Shown here in pieces: positions 27,011-40,928 of a DNA stretch of 64,000 bases (its first letter is position 1; each line of letters starts with the position of its first letter). The notes under the pieces are model-generated. The model saw only the letters and a list, made by a program, of their open reading frames with translations, did no database searches and was not told the DNA's origin. A program made the translations under genes and the position numbers. Source of the stretch: Octopus vulgaris (Eukaryota); assembly GCA_951406725.2 (NCBI GenBank), contig OX597819.1, forward strand, positions 22,692,001 through 22,756,000, in the 5' to 3' direction.

Positions 27011-27323
27011 TGGAGGCACAATGGCCCAGTGGTTAGGACAGCGGACTCGCGGTCGGCAGATCGCAGTTTCGATTCCCGGATCGGGCGTTGTGCGTGTTTA
27101 TTGAGCGAAAACACCTAAAGCTCCACGAGGCTCCGGCAGGGGTGCTGGCGACCCCTGTTGTACTCTTTCGCCCCAACTTTCTCTCACTCTTTCTTCCTGT
27201 TTCGTGAGTAACGCTGCGATGGAGTGGCATCTCGTCCAGCTGGAGGGAACACATAAGACATAGAAACCGGGAAACCGGGCCCATGAGCCTGGCTAGGCTG
27301 GAAAAGGGCGCTTAAATAAAAAA
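27011..27323 (+). mobile_element. tRNA-derived SINE family B with target-site duplication (copies at 25532-25825, 28405-28745 and 55822-56070 +; 62465-62632 -)
   Basis: TGGCCCAGTGGTTAGG A-box, TTCGATTCCC B-box, A-rich tail; TSD CATATTGCCGAT at 26998-27009 and 27324-27335. Confidence 0.85.
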
Positions 27324-27634
27324 CATATTGCCGATTCGTCTTGATAAGACAACATTTGCATGGTTTGTTTTCCACGTTGATCTCTCTAAGCTTTTTCATC
27401 CTGAATGGTTTTGGCTCGAAACTGGTTGAATTAGCGAGAAATTCGAACATGTATAACTGGTGGAGTAACCTTATGTACGCATGTTCACGAATATATGTAT
27501 GTAAGTATATACGTACGTACGTAACGTATGTATGTGTGTATGTAAATATGTATGTATGTATGCATGTATGTATGTATGCATGTATGCACACACGCACGCA
27601 AATGTAGTATTAAATTAATTTGCCTTTCAAAGGC

Positions 27635-27698
<64 letters not shown>

Positions 27699-28892
27699 AT
27701 ATATACACATATACATATATATATATATTTATATATATACATATATACACACACATACATACACACACATACACACACATACACACACATGCATGTAGTG
27801 TGTGTGAGAGAGAGGAGAGACAGATAAAGCGAAACGGCTGGGCGTGAGAAAGAGAGAGAGCACATATATCTTATTAAAATTTACTCCTGTTAATCTACAA
27901 AAGTTTATTAACACATCTACTTATTTCCATTTCTATATTCTTACCTATTTCGTTTACATACTTTCACAATTATATGCAAATAAGTATAGGTTTCGAGTGT
28001 TTATGGTTTGCTCCTGTGTATGTAGTATGCAGTTATGCGTGTATCGCACAAAGCTTTAAACGGGATGAAATATAATCACGATGTATCAGTCATATAGAAT
28101 GGCATAAAACACTATTTTCGCATTCCCGTTACTTTACATCTGCAACTACCTGCACACGTTTTCAAGTATATAACATAATGAATTTTTCTGGGTCTTTTCG
28201 TTTAAGTGCACGTCCTTCATTATGAAACAAAATTCTGAAGGCACAAATTGACCTTCCACTCTGCTATGCATGTGCACTAAGTTTCAACGTTCTAGCTCAC
28301 TTCTGCTGTTCACAACAGTACTTGGAAGTAACGTGTGCAGGGTGTGATCGCTTCACTGAACATGAGAGAAAGTTGAGCAGAGAATACAGCATATTTACAT
28401 AATGTGGAGGCGCAATGGCCCAGTGGTTAGGGCAACGGACTTGCAGTCGGAGGATCGCGGTTTCGATTCCCAGACCGGGCGTTGTGCAACTGAAACCTGA
28501 GTGTCTATTCAGTCAGCTGAAAGGAGTTTTGTCACACACTTGGCAAAGCAACCCACATGGCTCCGGCAGGGGGTAGCGGCGACCCCTGTTGTACTCTTTC
28601 GCCCCAACTTTCTCTCACTCTTTCTTCCTGTTTCTTGATCAACACTGCGATAGACTGGCGTCCCGCCCAGCTGGGGGGAACACATACGCCATAGAAACCG
28701 AAAACCGGGCCCATGAGCCTGGCTAGGCTTGAAATGGGCGAAATTCTAACTTCTATATTTACAGAACTAAAGCTCAGGCAATTCCTTTAGTCTGAACATA
28801 CTGATAAAATTAGGGGGATCCTAACACCCTTAGGCCAATATGTTCGTCTCGCATTAAAACATTGATAAAAACGGAATTGTTTTATTTTACAG

Positions 28893-28960
28893 TTTGCTCA
28901 GTGGATCACCTCATCAGCAAAATGCTGAAGCTTTACCATCCGGAAATGAAATATTGTTAA
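28893..28960 (+). CDS. Terminal coding exon, copy A: (I)CSVDHLISKMLKLYHPEMKYC*
   Basis: ttgttttattttacag| acceptor, phase 1, TAA at 28958-28960; same length, frame and stop as the paralog at 42197; AATAAA at 29081. Confidence 0.8.
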
Positions 28961-30413
28961 AAAAATTCGCTGTTGACTTTTTGAATCTCATTCATCAATA
29001 AGACAGATATCAATGTTGTTTTATAACGTAGTATCATTTGTAATTAGAACTATATCTAGACAACAAATATTGTGCCTCATAATAAAATGAGTTACTCATA
29101 TTTTTTGCGTATTACTTAAATTGTGAGGAACCTGACCACGATAAAGAAAAAACCTTTCAAGTAACATACATTTAAAACAAGTCCTTTTGCTTAAAATTAC
29201 TACCTATACAATTCTAGGAGCTTCTTCATTCAAAATAGAAGTTCCTCATATCATCACAGAGAAGGAAATTCTCTCCGATATTAAAAGACACAGTAATGAA
29301 AAGAACGCATGCGCAGATGAAACAAATACGTATATAGGAAAAGTGAGAGATGCTTGCTCATAAACATACACGTGAATCGCATAAAAAAAGAATCTTAAAC
29401 ACACACCAACATACACACATGAAAAATGAAATTCTACCACAACCATCACGACCACTACGACTACTTCCACTAGCACTACTACTACAACCACCGTGGTCAC
29501 TACTATTGCTGCTACGATCAACAGCCCTCTACTGCTACTACTGCTGCTACGGCCACAGTGTGAGAATTAAAATAGTAAAAAAAAAAGGGTGGAGGCGGGG
29601 GGAATTACAATTTCTCAGATCTTTAAACAGTCACTCCCGCTTGCAGTGGTATGTTTTAGGGAAAAATGAATTTATAAAAAAAATTTTTCTGCGAGCAGAT
29701 CTGATTTTGATTCGTTAAAAAATTGATGACGTTTGTCTTCCGTGGTCAAGCTTGTCGTTCTGCTTGGTTGGTTTCCTTACAGCATACAGTTATGGGTCAG
29801 ATCTGATTTTAATTCGTTAAAAAATTGATGACGTTTTTCTTCCGTGGTCAAGCTTGTCGTTCTACTTGGTTGGTTTCCTTACAGGATACAGTTGGGGGTC
29901 TTTACCTTGTATTCGTTGAAGTTTGGTTTTGATTGGTTTGGAATTATGTGACGTCAGTGAACAGTGCCAGTGAACCCACCACTATTGCTGCTACGATCAA
30001 CAGTCCTCTACTACTAACCCCAACCACCACAAAGGTTGCCAAAATTACGACCAACTACTACGACCAACAATCACTACTGTTGCTACCATTGGAACACAAG
30101 GTAACAAAAAAGCGGTTCCTTTTAATACCAGCAAGAAACAATAATGGACTTCTTCAATACACTCAACAGGAATATAGCGATTATACCAACTACCGACAAA
30201 ACACCACCACATGGATTCTATTGAGAACAGTAAGAAACGATTATGAACTTTTCAATTTTCACTTTTTATAATATTTTTGATAAGGTTCGTCTTTTCAAGA
30301 ACCGAAACATGTAAAATTCATAAGAAAATTAAAATTTATCTAATATAGTGGCGTTTTCAAACTTCTTTTTTACAAATATATACCCACTCGTATACGATCT
30401 ACTCTTATTATAA

Positions 30414-30482
<69 letters not shown>

Positions 30483-30580
30483 ACGGGAAGCTTTATGAAA
30501 ATAAACAAAAGACGAAGGCAGGTGGAAAACAAACGAACAATTGTATTAGTATGGCGCTCAGGAAATATAAATAAAACAAG

Positions 30581-30618
30581 TCTTTAACGTTTCGAGCCTA
30601 CGCTCTTCAACAGAAAGA
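30581..30618 (-). ncRNA. Minimal HHR-like motif with atypical core (CTGTTGAA); decayed relative at 40008-40043
   Basis: Minus strand: TCTTT-CTGTTGAA-gagc gtag gctc-GAAA-cg-TT-AAAGA; the 40 kb copy reads GAAACGTC-AAAG. Confidence 0.5.
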
Positions 30619-31578
30619 TACACAGAGAGAGAAAAACACAGAAAGAAGGAGAGAAAAAAAATGCGTGCAGTAGCTAACGAATCAACATGGCGATCTGATT
30701 TCGGCCAGAGGTCAAAGATCAAACATGAGACGCGAGAGCGAAATAAGGGGAGATAATAGGGTTGATAAATGGGTTGAGGGACCAGCTAAAAGTGCGTGGG
30801 AGGGGTCTGGATGTGTGTATGTATAGGGTTGGTGTATGTATTAGTATGTATAAGGGTGTGTGTGTGTGTGTGTGTGTATGAGAGAGTATTAGTGCGTAAG
30901 ATTGGTCTGGACGTGCGTATGTATGGGGTTGGTGTATGTATTAGTATGTATTAGTATGTATTAGTACGTATTGGTATGTATAGGTGTGTGTGTGTGTGTG
31001 AGAGAGAGTATAAGTGCGTATGCGGGGTCTGGACGTGTGTATGTATAGGGTTGGTGTAAGTATTAGTATGTACTAGTATGTATTAGTACGTATTAGTATG
31101 TATTAGTTGGTGTGTGTATTAGTATGGCACATCATATGTGATGTGATGTGTAAAGTCATGTGGTGTAGTGAGGAGAAGAGGGGGAGGGGGAGAAGAGGGG
31201 GAGAGAAGGGGAGGGGAAGAAGAGGGGGAGGAGAAGGGGGAGAGGAGAGGATGGGGAGAAGGAAGGGGATGAGGGGGATGAAGGAGGAAAGAGGGAGAGG
31301 GGGAGAGAGAAGGGGAGAGAGGGAGTGAGGGAGCAGAGGGAAGGGGAAGAGGGAGGGAGAAAGAGGGAAGAAGGGAAGGGGAGTAGGGGTGAAAGGATGA
31401 AGGACTGAAGAAGTAGGGGTCGGGGGAGAAAGGATAGGTGAGGAGGGGGAGAGGGGGGTTAGATGAGGAGGGGGGGAGAGTTGAGACCAAATGGCGTATA
31501 AGAGCGAAGAGAGAAGATTAAATATATATACACATAAGGCCGAAATGAGTATTCATATACTTTCTGTCTATCAATGTA

Positions 31579-32010
31579 CGAGGCCTGATCAATAAGTATC
31601 CAAACTGTTACCATAGTAGACTGAAGCCGTTTGGCAAAGATTGACCTTGATCTCTGCCGTGCATGCACATCAAGGTTTTACGTTCTCAGTTCCGCTGTTT
31701 ACAGCAGCGCTTGGAAGAAAGGTGTGTAACGTGCGATCGCCCCTTTGACCATAACAGAGAAAGTTGTGATGGTGGCATAGGCCTGCTCATAGGCCTGCAC
31801 AAAGTTGCAGAGAGTGTATGGAGATGAGTGTATGAGCCACACACAAGTCTATGAGTTGTTTACGGGTTTCCAAGATGGCCGAAAAAATGTCGATATTGAC
31901 GAACGTCCTGGGAGACCTGCAACCAGCAGAACTGAGAAAAGCATCGCAGATGTGCGTGCAGCTGTGAGGGAAAATCGTCGAATCTTCATCCGTGAGTTAT
32001 TTCAAGGATT
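31579..32010 (+). mobile_element. mariner transposon 5' fragment (TIR + HTH region)
   Basis: TA|CGAGGCCTGATCAATAAGTATCC terminus; LQRVYGDECMSHTQVYE..FQDGRKNVDIDERPGRP..VRENRR. Confidence 0.85.
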
Positions 32011-32070
32011 TGAAATTCATAAGAAAATTTAAATTTATCTAATATAGTGGCGTTTTCAAACTTCTTTTTT

Positions 32071-32139
<69 letters not shown>

Positions 32140-32833
32140 TGTATGTATGTATGTATGTATGTATGTATGCATGTATGTATTGTCAACCTACAAAAATATG
32201 TTTGACCATTTCATTCAATATTCGCCCCTTGCTTTTCTTTTACTATCTCAGCTTTCTTTAATTATGTTGACTAATCGATTACTATCCTAAATTTTTTACA
32301 TCTATTCATAAACCCAACAACATTGACCATCCTTCCAATACTACCTACTACAATTCCCATTTATCTCCCACTTCTCCCCCTTCTACTACAAATACTAACT
32401 CTTTCAGTATCCTGTACGTTCACCCCTCTATCATCTTGATATGAGCATTCATATACTTTCTGTCTATCAATGTACGAGGCCTGATCAATAAGTATCCAAA
32501 CTGTTACCATATCAAACACTGAAGCCGTCTTCCTGTCAAAGATTGACGACTTCCTTGCCTTCTAAAATACTTATTGTACCTTGAAATTTCCCTGATACGT
32601 CAGACTCTTATCTATCTACCATGATGAAAGAGGCGCTGGATTTTACCAATATTTATTTGATTTCATCAGCTGCTGCAAATTTTTCATCAACTTCATCTAA
32701 CTTTATGAAATAACTCCGAGCCCACAGAAACAGCTGTCGGCCGTGTAACACTTTCCCTTCTCCAGTATTTTATTATGGGGGGGTCTATTTAACCTGAGTA
32801 AGTTTTAAAATACTCTATTTAAAACTCTACACA

Positions 32834-32918
32834 CAGTAATCCCTCGACTATCGCGGGTGTTACATTCCCAAACCTCTCGCGATAGATGAAAATCTTTTGA
32901 AGTAGAAACAGTACTCTA

Positions 32919-32962
<44 letters not shown>

Positions 32963-34270
32963 TAGTATTAAAGACCCGTCGTTGCCGGGTCATAGGGCTA
33001 GTGCATGTATATATGTGTATATATATATGTGTACATATTACATGTACATCCATATATATATATACATCTACACATAAAATGCAAAATACAAAGTTATATC
33101 TTGATATCGCTAGTGATAACAATACTCAAAATCTTTTACATCTATTCATAAACCCAACAACATTGACCATCCTTCCAATACTACCTACTACAATTCCCAT
33201 TTATCTCCCACTTCTCCCCTATAGACAATAGTCTTTTCTTTAATCTAATTTTTTATTATCCATCTGGACTATTCCATTTCTGCACGCTAATTTTATTTTT
33301 AATTTAATTCCCATTCATGTGAAACCGTTTATTCAAGTTCAAATCATTGATGCAATTTTATACCAATTGCTATTTTTACTTATATTATACTTTAGTTTGA
33401 TTTTAATTATTACTTACTACATATAATTCAATTGTTATTATTATTTTTATTGTTAAAGTGAAAGCATCTGACATAAAATAGAGAAATATTTTTGTTTCAC
33501 TTTTAACACGTAATACTGAAATAGTGGAGAAGATATGATATTGCTATGGGCTCGCTCTAGGCAAGAAGTTCAACATTTCTTTTGCCCATGAAACTACATG
33601 GACCCTAAGTAAGGCATGTGTAAAATTTGAATGAAATTGGTTGTGTAGTTCTCAAGTTTTAGGGAATCGTAGTGGAGAAGATATGCTATTGCTGTGGGCT
33701 CGCCCTAGGCAAAAAGTTAAAATATTTTGCCGATGACACTCCCCGGACCATAAGTAAGACATATGTAAAATTTGAATGAAATTGGTTGTGTAGTTCTCAA
33801 GTTTTAGGGAAACACACAGACAGACATACAGACACGCACACATTCTCAGTTTTATATTTATAAAGATTATCATTTATATCATTTGTATATATTTATTTTA
33901 TTATAAATGCAAAAACACCACCACACACTCGCCTCCAGAGTTTCGTTTTCCATACAGTGTGTGCAATACTTTATTTACTCATCAACGGTACACTAAGTAT
34001 TTTCTTTTAATATATTTTAATTTGTGTGTTATACAGTGAACTACTGCATTGTATCCTATTTTTATTTATTAATTTATTGATTTTTAGGCGTGAAAATGCT
34101 CATTTTACCACAGAAATAATTAAAATCTAAAAAAAATATAAATACCTATCGGCCGCAGAAACCCGCGATATACTGAGGAGTTCGCGATATAAATTTACAT
34201 ATATTAGCCAGAAAATCCGCGATGTACTGAGTGCGCGACAGGTGAAGCGCGATATGGCGAGGAATTACTG
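32834..34270. mobile_element. pogo/Tigger-type MITE interrupted by a Helitron
   Basis: Termini CAGTAATCCCTCG.. / ..CGAGGAATTACTG|TA; subterminal CGCGAT motifs. Confidence 0.7.
32962..33866 (-). mobile_element. Non-autonomous Helitron
   Basis: Minus strand: 5' A|TCTTTATAAATATAAAA..tgtctgtctg; 3' hairpin GACCCG..CGGGTC (32973-32991) then CTAG|T; internal ~150-bp tandem repeat. Confidence 0.75.
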
Positions 34271-34752
34271 TATTTATACTTGATTGTTGAGCCTGGCGTC
34301 TCTTTCTGAATCTATACGTGTATAAATTTTTTGTATATTAAAACCTAATATTTTATCTGATTCTTTGAATCGTTATGTGTCTCTAAATGTATTTGCATGA
34401 ATTTTTTCTTTAATTTCAAATTTCCCGCGTCCATTGGATTAAACTTTTGCAATTTATAATGATTTGCATGTCTCTCTGCGTATGTATGTTTAATTTCAAA
34501 CTTTTTTGCCACCAGAGAAAGAGTCAATTTCTAACCTGATCCAAGATTCCTTCTTTGGAATTTCAACAACATCAACAGGGTATATTCGTATGTATGTATG
34601 TATGTATGTATGTATGTATGTATGTATGTATGTATGTATGTATGTATGTATGTATGTATGTATGTATGTATGTATGTATGTATGTATGTATGTATGTATG
34701 TGTGCATGTATACATGTATGTATGTATGTTTGTATGTATGTTTGTATGTGTG

Positions 34753-34796
<44 letters not shown>

Positions 34797-35118
34797 GATT
34801 TATGTCTTTTTATGTATGTATTAAAAATTTTAAAAATACAAATGAAAATACAAGGAAATAAAATTAAAAAAAACACGTTTTATCGTTATTTTCATTTATA
34901 TTTCTATTATCTAATTTTACTTTTCTTTCCCCTTTACCGTTGATTCTTTTATCTTCCTTACCTTTAATCGTTTTATGACCTGTCCTACTCAGAACTACGC
35001 ATAGCCTACTGTAATGAATTATCTACTACAACTCACTCCAGTCAACCCATGATCCAGTCTAGCAGATTCCTTCTCTCGTGGGATCAATCTATCTTTTATC
35101 TATCTATCTATCTATCTT

Positions 35119-35150
<32 letters not shown>

Positions 35151-35151
35151 A

Positions 35152-35257
<106 letters not shown>

Positions 35258-35304
35258 ATCTATCTGTTTATCTATCTATCTATCTACCTATCTATCTATC
35301 TATC

Positions 35305-35665
35305 GTTTTTTTTTCCTCTTCCCCTTTTTCCCTTTTTTTCTTCTTTTTTCATTTCTCTTTTCTTTTGTTCCTTTTACTTTACTTTTTTTTTCTTTTTATT
35401 CTTTCTATTTTTTATTTTATTTATCTATTTATTTTTTGTTCTTTTCTTCCCTTTTACGATCCCTCTTGATCGAAAACCTACGCCACCCCTTTTTTTTCCT
35501 TTGTTTTTGGTTTTTTCATCCCCCAAAAGAAAAGCTCTACCTTGTAACTTGTCCCATCTGTGTGCAACCCTGTGTGGCCAATAAAGAAACTTATCTATCT
35601 ATCTAAGCTATACTTTGTAATTTGTCCCGTCTGTGTGCAGCTCTGTATGGCTATTAAAGAAACAT
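35305..35665 (+). mobile_element. LINE-like 3' end embedded in (TATC)n; second copy at 51375-51565 (-)
   Basis: AAAGCTCTACCTTGTAA.TTGT.C.ATCTGTGTGCA.CCCTGTGTGGC.AATAAAGAAAC followed by (TATC)n at both loci. Confidence 0.65.
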
Positions 35666-35952
35666 ATCTATCTATCTATCTCTCTATCAGCCTACCTACC
35701 AACCTACCTACATACCTGCGTAGTACCTACCTATCTACCTATATTTCTATCTATCCATCTCCATTGTCTTGGAACCTCACCCCACAAAAATACAAAATAC
35801 AAATGAAAATACAAGGAAATAAAATTAAAAAAAACACGTTTTATCGTTATTTTCATTTATATTTCTATTATCTAATTTTACTAAAAATTTTTTTCAAAAC
35901 TCTGACGATTTCTTTTCTCGATATTCAATCCTGTACACCGCACCTAATACTC

Positions 35953-35999
<47 letters not shown>

Positions 36000-36006
36000 G
36001 TGTATT

Positions 36007-36049
<43 letters not shown>

Positions 36050-36051
36050 AT

Positions 36052-36084
<33 letters not shown>

Positions 36085-36844
36085 CATATATATATAATTA
36101 TGACGCGAAACCCTATACCTCTTTGTTTAACCTTCCCTTCTCTCCCTTTCTCTCTCTTTCACTCCTCCTCATCTGTCTTCACAGCCGTTTGCCTTCCTCT
36201 CTCTTTGCATGCGGCCTCCTAACTGTCTAAACACACGGCCATACTTCCTTTTGCATGCGGCCTTCTAACTGCAAAAGGCCCTCTTTGGTACACAGTTTTC
36301 TTGTGTGTTTTTATTTCTTGTATTGTATTTTTTTGTATTGTATTTTTATTTTGTATTTTATTTTGTAATTTTATTTGTATTGTTTTTACATCCTGTTTGT
36401 GTCACATTTTGTTCTTTCCTTGTTTTTACCCCTCTGCGAAGTAATTTCCTTTAATTTCTTCGCAGGAAGGGCTAGTTCGACGAGTCGTGTTCTGTCCTCA
36501 CTTTCGAAACACGCTGGAGTTGAACTAGGGACGGCTGATGCAGGGGATTTTTCTTTGTGTAGTTTGTCTAGTACTCTGTTTTTTCTTTGTAAAAAAAGGT
36601 TCGTTCCATGCTTGTTTTTACGTTTTCGTTCTCGTTGAGTTCTGCGTCTATTTGTGGTGTCCTGTACTCACGTATATGTATTTATATATGCATGTATATA
36701 TACATGTAGATGTAGGTACGTACATATATGTATGTATTATGTATGCATATATTTTATTTATTACACTATTGTATGACTGAGCGCCTTCGCGTCGATTCGA
36801 TTCGATTCGTTCCGTTTCGTTTCGTTTCTTCTTCTCCCAGTACA

Positions 36845-36900
<56 letters not shown>

Positions 36901-36939
36901 TCTGCATGCATATATACATATATATAAATGTTTTGGCTT

Positions 36940-37007
36940 GGCCACTGATAAGAACTTCGCCTAACAAATTTTATTTGCTAATTAGAGTTCAAAAGCTAGG
37001 TATGGCT
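36940..37007 (+). ncRNA. Decayed hammerhead motif in a PLE-like unit (36925-37160)
   Basis: GGCCA-CTGATAA-gaact..agttc-AAAA-gctagg-TA-TGGCT (G8A and G12A changes). Confidence 0.5.
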
Positions 37008-37432
37008 GTAAAAACAAGGTAAATGTTTTTACTTTTCATTTCTTTCTAAATTGCTCTTAAATGTGGTTTTGGTTGTTTTGACTGCTACTTCTAGCATGTA
37101 AGGCTGCCTATTAAAGGTCGACTGTTTTAGTGTTTAAATGTACACTAATTTTATATATACATTCATACACATATATATATATATATATATGAATGTATGT
37201 ATGTATGTATGTATATAGGCACACACATATAAACATACATGCACACACACACAAATATATACACTTGTATTTTGCGCGTAAATACCTCTGTGTGTGTGTG
37301 TGTGTGTGGAGTGAGAGAGAAAGCGAGAGAGAGAGAGAAAGATGCTACATGAAATGAAATTCTGAACTCATGAGTGGTATACATATAACAAAGCATGAAA
37401 CTAACGCCAACAAATTTCTTCCAAATTTTCAG

Positions 37433-37564
37433 TCTGCAGAGATCATTCAGGACATTGCATGAAAAATAAGGAAGTTTGGCCAGGTGTCTACTATAACATA
37501 TGTGTAACACACCATTGTGAAATACATCGCTTACAAACAACACTTGCCACGCGTTTTGATTTTG
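37433..37564 (+). CDS. Third coding exon, copy B: (F)CRDHSGHCMKNKEVWPGVYYNICVTHHCEIHRLQTTLATRFDF
   Basis: aattttcag| acceptor, |gtaagt donor, 132 nt, phase 1-1, all 4 Cys kept. Confidence 0.8.
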
Positions 37565-37788
37565 GTAAGTATTCTCAATTTTTATAAATGTATACTTATC
37601 GTTCCCCCACGCACGCACAGACTCATAGTCTCTCGTTGTAATAAATCTATCCATCCCCTTGAGGTGTGAGCACATTTTAGATTTAGTACAACGTATATTT
37701 AACATTAAAATAGCTTTCCCCAATTTGCACTCTCAACTAGCATTGAGATGAAAGAGTTAATATGCATTCTATATTCTATCAAAAACTC

Positions 37789-37828
<40 letters not shown>

Positions 37829-37835
37829 CATGTAC

Positions 37836-37888
<53 letters not shown>

Positions 37889-38307
37889 ATATAAATATAT
37901 ATATATATAAGATGAGGTCACAGATGTGTGACGAAAGAACTCTGGCTGAATTAGATTAATATAAAAAATGCAATAAAGCTGAAGCAAATTAACACCAAAT
38001 ATATAGTGTAACATGGCCAGCCCGAAATACAACAATATATATATAATATATATATATATTCAGTAAAAGCAATTAAGATTCAAGTGAGTTCTGTTGAATT
38101 CACATGAATGCGGTACTTAACTTAGATGCACCAGAAATCTATATGGTGTTAACCATAAGATAATGCGGGGTGATTATAAATAAGAAAAAAGCAAAAAGAA
38201 TGGATCAATATTGTACCGAATGTACTTTCGATACAAGTCCTATGTACAATTGTACCGAAATATTGATCCATTCTTGTTGCTTTTTTCTTAAATATATATA
38301 TATATAC

Positions 38308-39470
38308 AGTGGGTGCGAGGGGTATTTGACGACATTTCGATTTTAGTTGATTACACCTTCATATTTAATGTATCATTTGTTTTTTCAGACAACCTTTTCA
38401 AGATATCATGCTAACTCTAGAAATGCAAAGACATGCAGTCATGGTTCCTATACATGCAAACCACAGTGATTTAGAAATTAGCAACTTTCTGAATGTTGCA
38501 AGATCATTTGTACACAAAGTTCGGTTGGAATTAGAGGCATGTGATGGTAATATTTCACCTGTATCATAGAGAAAAAAAACATTCACAACGCTCAGACACT
38601 AAAACGACACCGGAGTTTATAAATGTTTTAAACATTATCGATGAAAACCCCAGAAGACCAATGAGGTCCATTGCTAAAGAACTTCGAATGTTAGAAAGAA
38701 CTATCAGAACTGTGTACATGGTGACATTCGATACAAGTCCTATGTAATGACGAAAGGCCAATTCGCGTCTGCAATGACACAGGAAAACCGTCTCATCCGT
38801 TCAAAACGGTTACTCAATGAACTGAAAATCCATCATGCCCAGGCATGCTTTGGTTTTTCTCTGACGAAAAAAACTTTGACCAGGATCAAAAGTTTAACAG
38901 CAGAAATGACAGGTGTTCATGTGCAGATCCTGCTGAAGTACCCAGAGTGATGCACACGAAATTTCCAGCAACTGTGATGGTTTTAAGTGTGCTGAGTAGC
39001 GAATGATATGTGGTGCCTCCCCACTTTTCTCCACATTAATGCTGCTGGATACATTGAAATACTAGAAACTGTTATCAAGCCATGGATTGATGAATTATGC
39101 AATGGAATGCCATATGTGTTTCAACAAGACTCAGCACCTCCTCACAAAGCCCTACGATTATGTAACACCTAATATGTGGCCTCCAAGTTTGCCCGATTTG
39201 AACCCCATGGACTACTAAGTGTGGAGCGCCTTTTAACGGGAAACTACTTGTCATCCTCATAATACCATAGCTTCAATGAATGCCGCCCTCGTCCAGGTGA
39301 TATCCAAAATGAAGAACCATATAATGTCAGCAAGCCAGCTGTTTCGGTCCCGCATTGAAGAGATAATCGAAACCGAAGGTAGTTTCATAGAATAATATGC
39401 TTAAAAAATAAATATCAAGACGAATGGCACAAATGTTTATTCAAATACATTTTTATTTATATTGAAATAT
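38308..39470 (+). mobile_element. Degenerate Tc1/mariner-superfamily transposon, probably maT/DD37D-like
   Basis: TA|CAGTGG start; MLTLEMQRHAV..LNVARSFVHKV; YVFQQDSAPPHKA; WPPSLPDLNPMDY; many frameshifts. Confidence 0.8.
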
Positions 39471-39474
39471 AATT

Positions 39475-39911
39475 TAAAGTATACTAGCCATCTCAATATG
39501 GCTAACCACTAAGGGTGGGTGTTATTGTAGCTTTTAACCCCAGGAGATCATCGTCTCCAGCTGGCTTTAGGCACACTTTCCGTGCCCTTATGGTATTTGC
39601 AAAGGGAGGTCATCCCTCTCTCGTAAACCTAAATGATACGCACGGACTGCAGTTTCGAGGTATTTGTCTCTTGTCAACGTACGGTAATCACCGGTTTTCG
39701 ATGAAGAAAGACCTGTTTGCAAATATCTATTTAATGTTGTCCGTGCGTATCACTTAGGTTTATGAGAGAGGGATGACCTCCCTTTGCAAATACCATAAGG
39801 GTACAGAAAGTGTGCCTAAAGCCAGCTGGAGACGATGATCTCCTGGGGCTAAAAGCTACAGTAACACCCACTCTTAGTGGTTAGCCATATTGAGATGGCT
39901 AGTATACTTTA
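39475..39911. mobile_element. Fold-back element with ~173-bp inverted arms (39475-39647 / 39739-39911) and an HHR at the arm/spacer junction
   Basis: TAAAGTATACTAGCCATCTC.. / ..GAGATGGCTAGTATACTTTA; arms differ mostly by transitions. Confidence 0.85.
39639..39683 (-). ncRNA. Compact type I hammerhead ribozyme, U3-A8 core variant
   Basis: Minus strand: CGTACG-TTGACAA-GAG acaaatac CTC-GAAA-CTGCAG-TC-CGTGCG; all three stems form and stem III is a perfect palindrome. Confidence 0.8.
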
Positions 39912-40882
39912 CGTTGTCGAGCGGTTACTGTTTACATCTCGTTCAGAGATAGGGGAGGGCGCAAGAAGCAGTTGTATTAGTTTAACGCTCGAAAAGAATG
40001 GAAAAGTCTTTGACGTTTCGAGCCTACGTTCTGCGACAAAAAGGGATGAGAGATAAAAATGGAGAATGAAAAAACGGAGAGACATTCCATCGTCTACGAC
40101 TACCTGTTCTGCAGTTGATCTCATCAACAGAACGGACCGCTTGTGAAATTAACATGCAAAATACTGAGCACTCCATGGGCACGCGTACCCATAACATAGT
40201 CGTAAGAGAGATACGACGTGACACACAGAATGTGGCAAGGCTGGCCCTTTGGATTACAGCTACAACTCATTTTGTGTGTTTGCATCTATCTTCAAAAAGT
40301 ACCGTTGCCAAAACAGTTGGCCGTGTCAAATATTTAGCGTTCACAAAGCTGCGCTCAATCATGTAACTCTCTCTCCTCAGAAACAGGTGTCAACTACCGA
40401 GGTAACCATTTGAACATAATTCGATATATCATACGTCTTCCATCATTTACTGTAATGTTTTGTGACAAGAGTCCAGTTGTTCCGTAAGTTCTCTGTTACA
40501 GTGAATTATTTCAACTACACCTTGACGATTCGTCTTAACAGTCGCAGTTCACAGACAACATTTGCGTGGTTTGTTTTCAATGCTGGTGTCTCTTCTTTAA
40601 ACGACTTCATCCTATTCCCTTTTGGTTAGAAACCAGTTCTCTTTGGATTGAGAAATTCGAAAAGTAAAGCCAGTGAAGCAATTGCAGATATATGTGGGAT
40701 GTGGGGTATGTGTGTGCGTGCGTGTGTGTGTACAAACGCGTGAGTATTTGTCTTTATATTGTGTATGACACATAGAAATCTATTTCAATTTAGAACTGCT
40801 GTATATAACAGATATATGTATCTGTATATATACATAGATACATATATACGCGCACACAGACACACACACACGCACAAATATC

Positions 40883-40928
<46 letters not shown>

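Larger units (their letters stand above)
24332..27304. repeat. Near-identical tandem duplication (~1.48-1.49 kb units), possibly an assembly artefact
   Basis: 24332-25825 repeats at 25826-27304 (offset 1479 in the distal part); copy 1 has a chimeric patch at 24833-24990. Confidence 0.85.

Noticed and set aside
27011-27090. tRNA-like sequence with A and B boxes (also at 3646, 28405 and 55822)
   Set aside because: SINE heads: they continue into a repeated body and tail, with a TSD at 27011, and show no complete cloverleaf
29697-29900. Two ~102-bp direct repeats, and other short repeat arrays considered as CRISPR-like
   Set aside because: Simple tandem duplication with no unique spacers and no cas genes; eukaryotic context
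37163-37723. 186-aa minus-strand ORF (and the similar 23995-24246 ORF)
   Set aside because: Antisense shadows of the plus-strand exons 3B and 3A running into microsatellites
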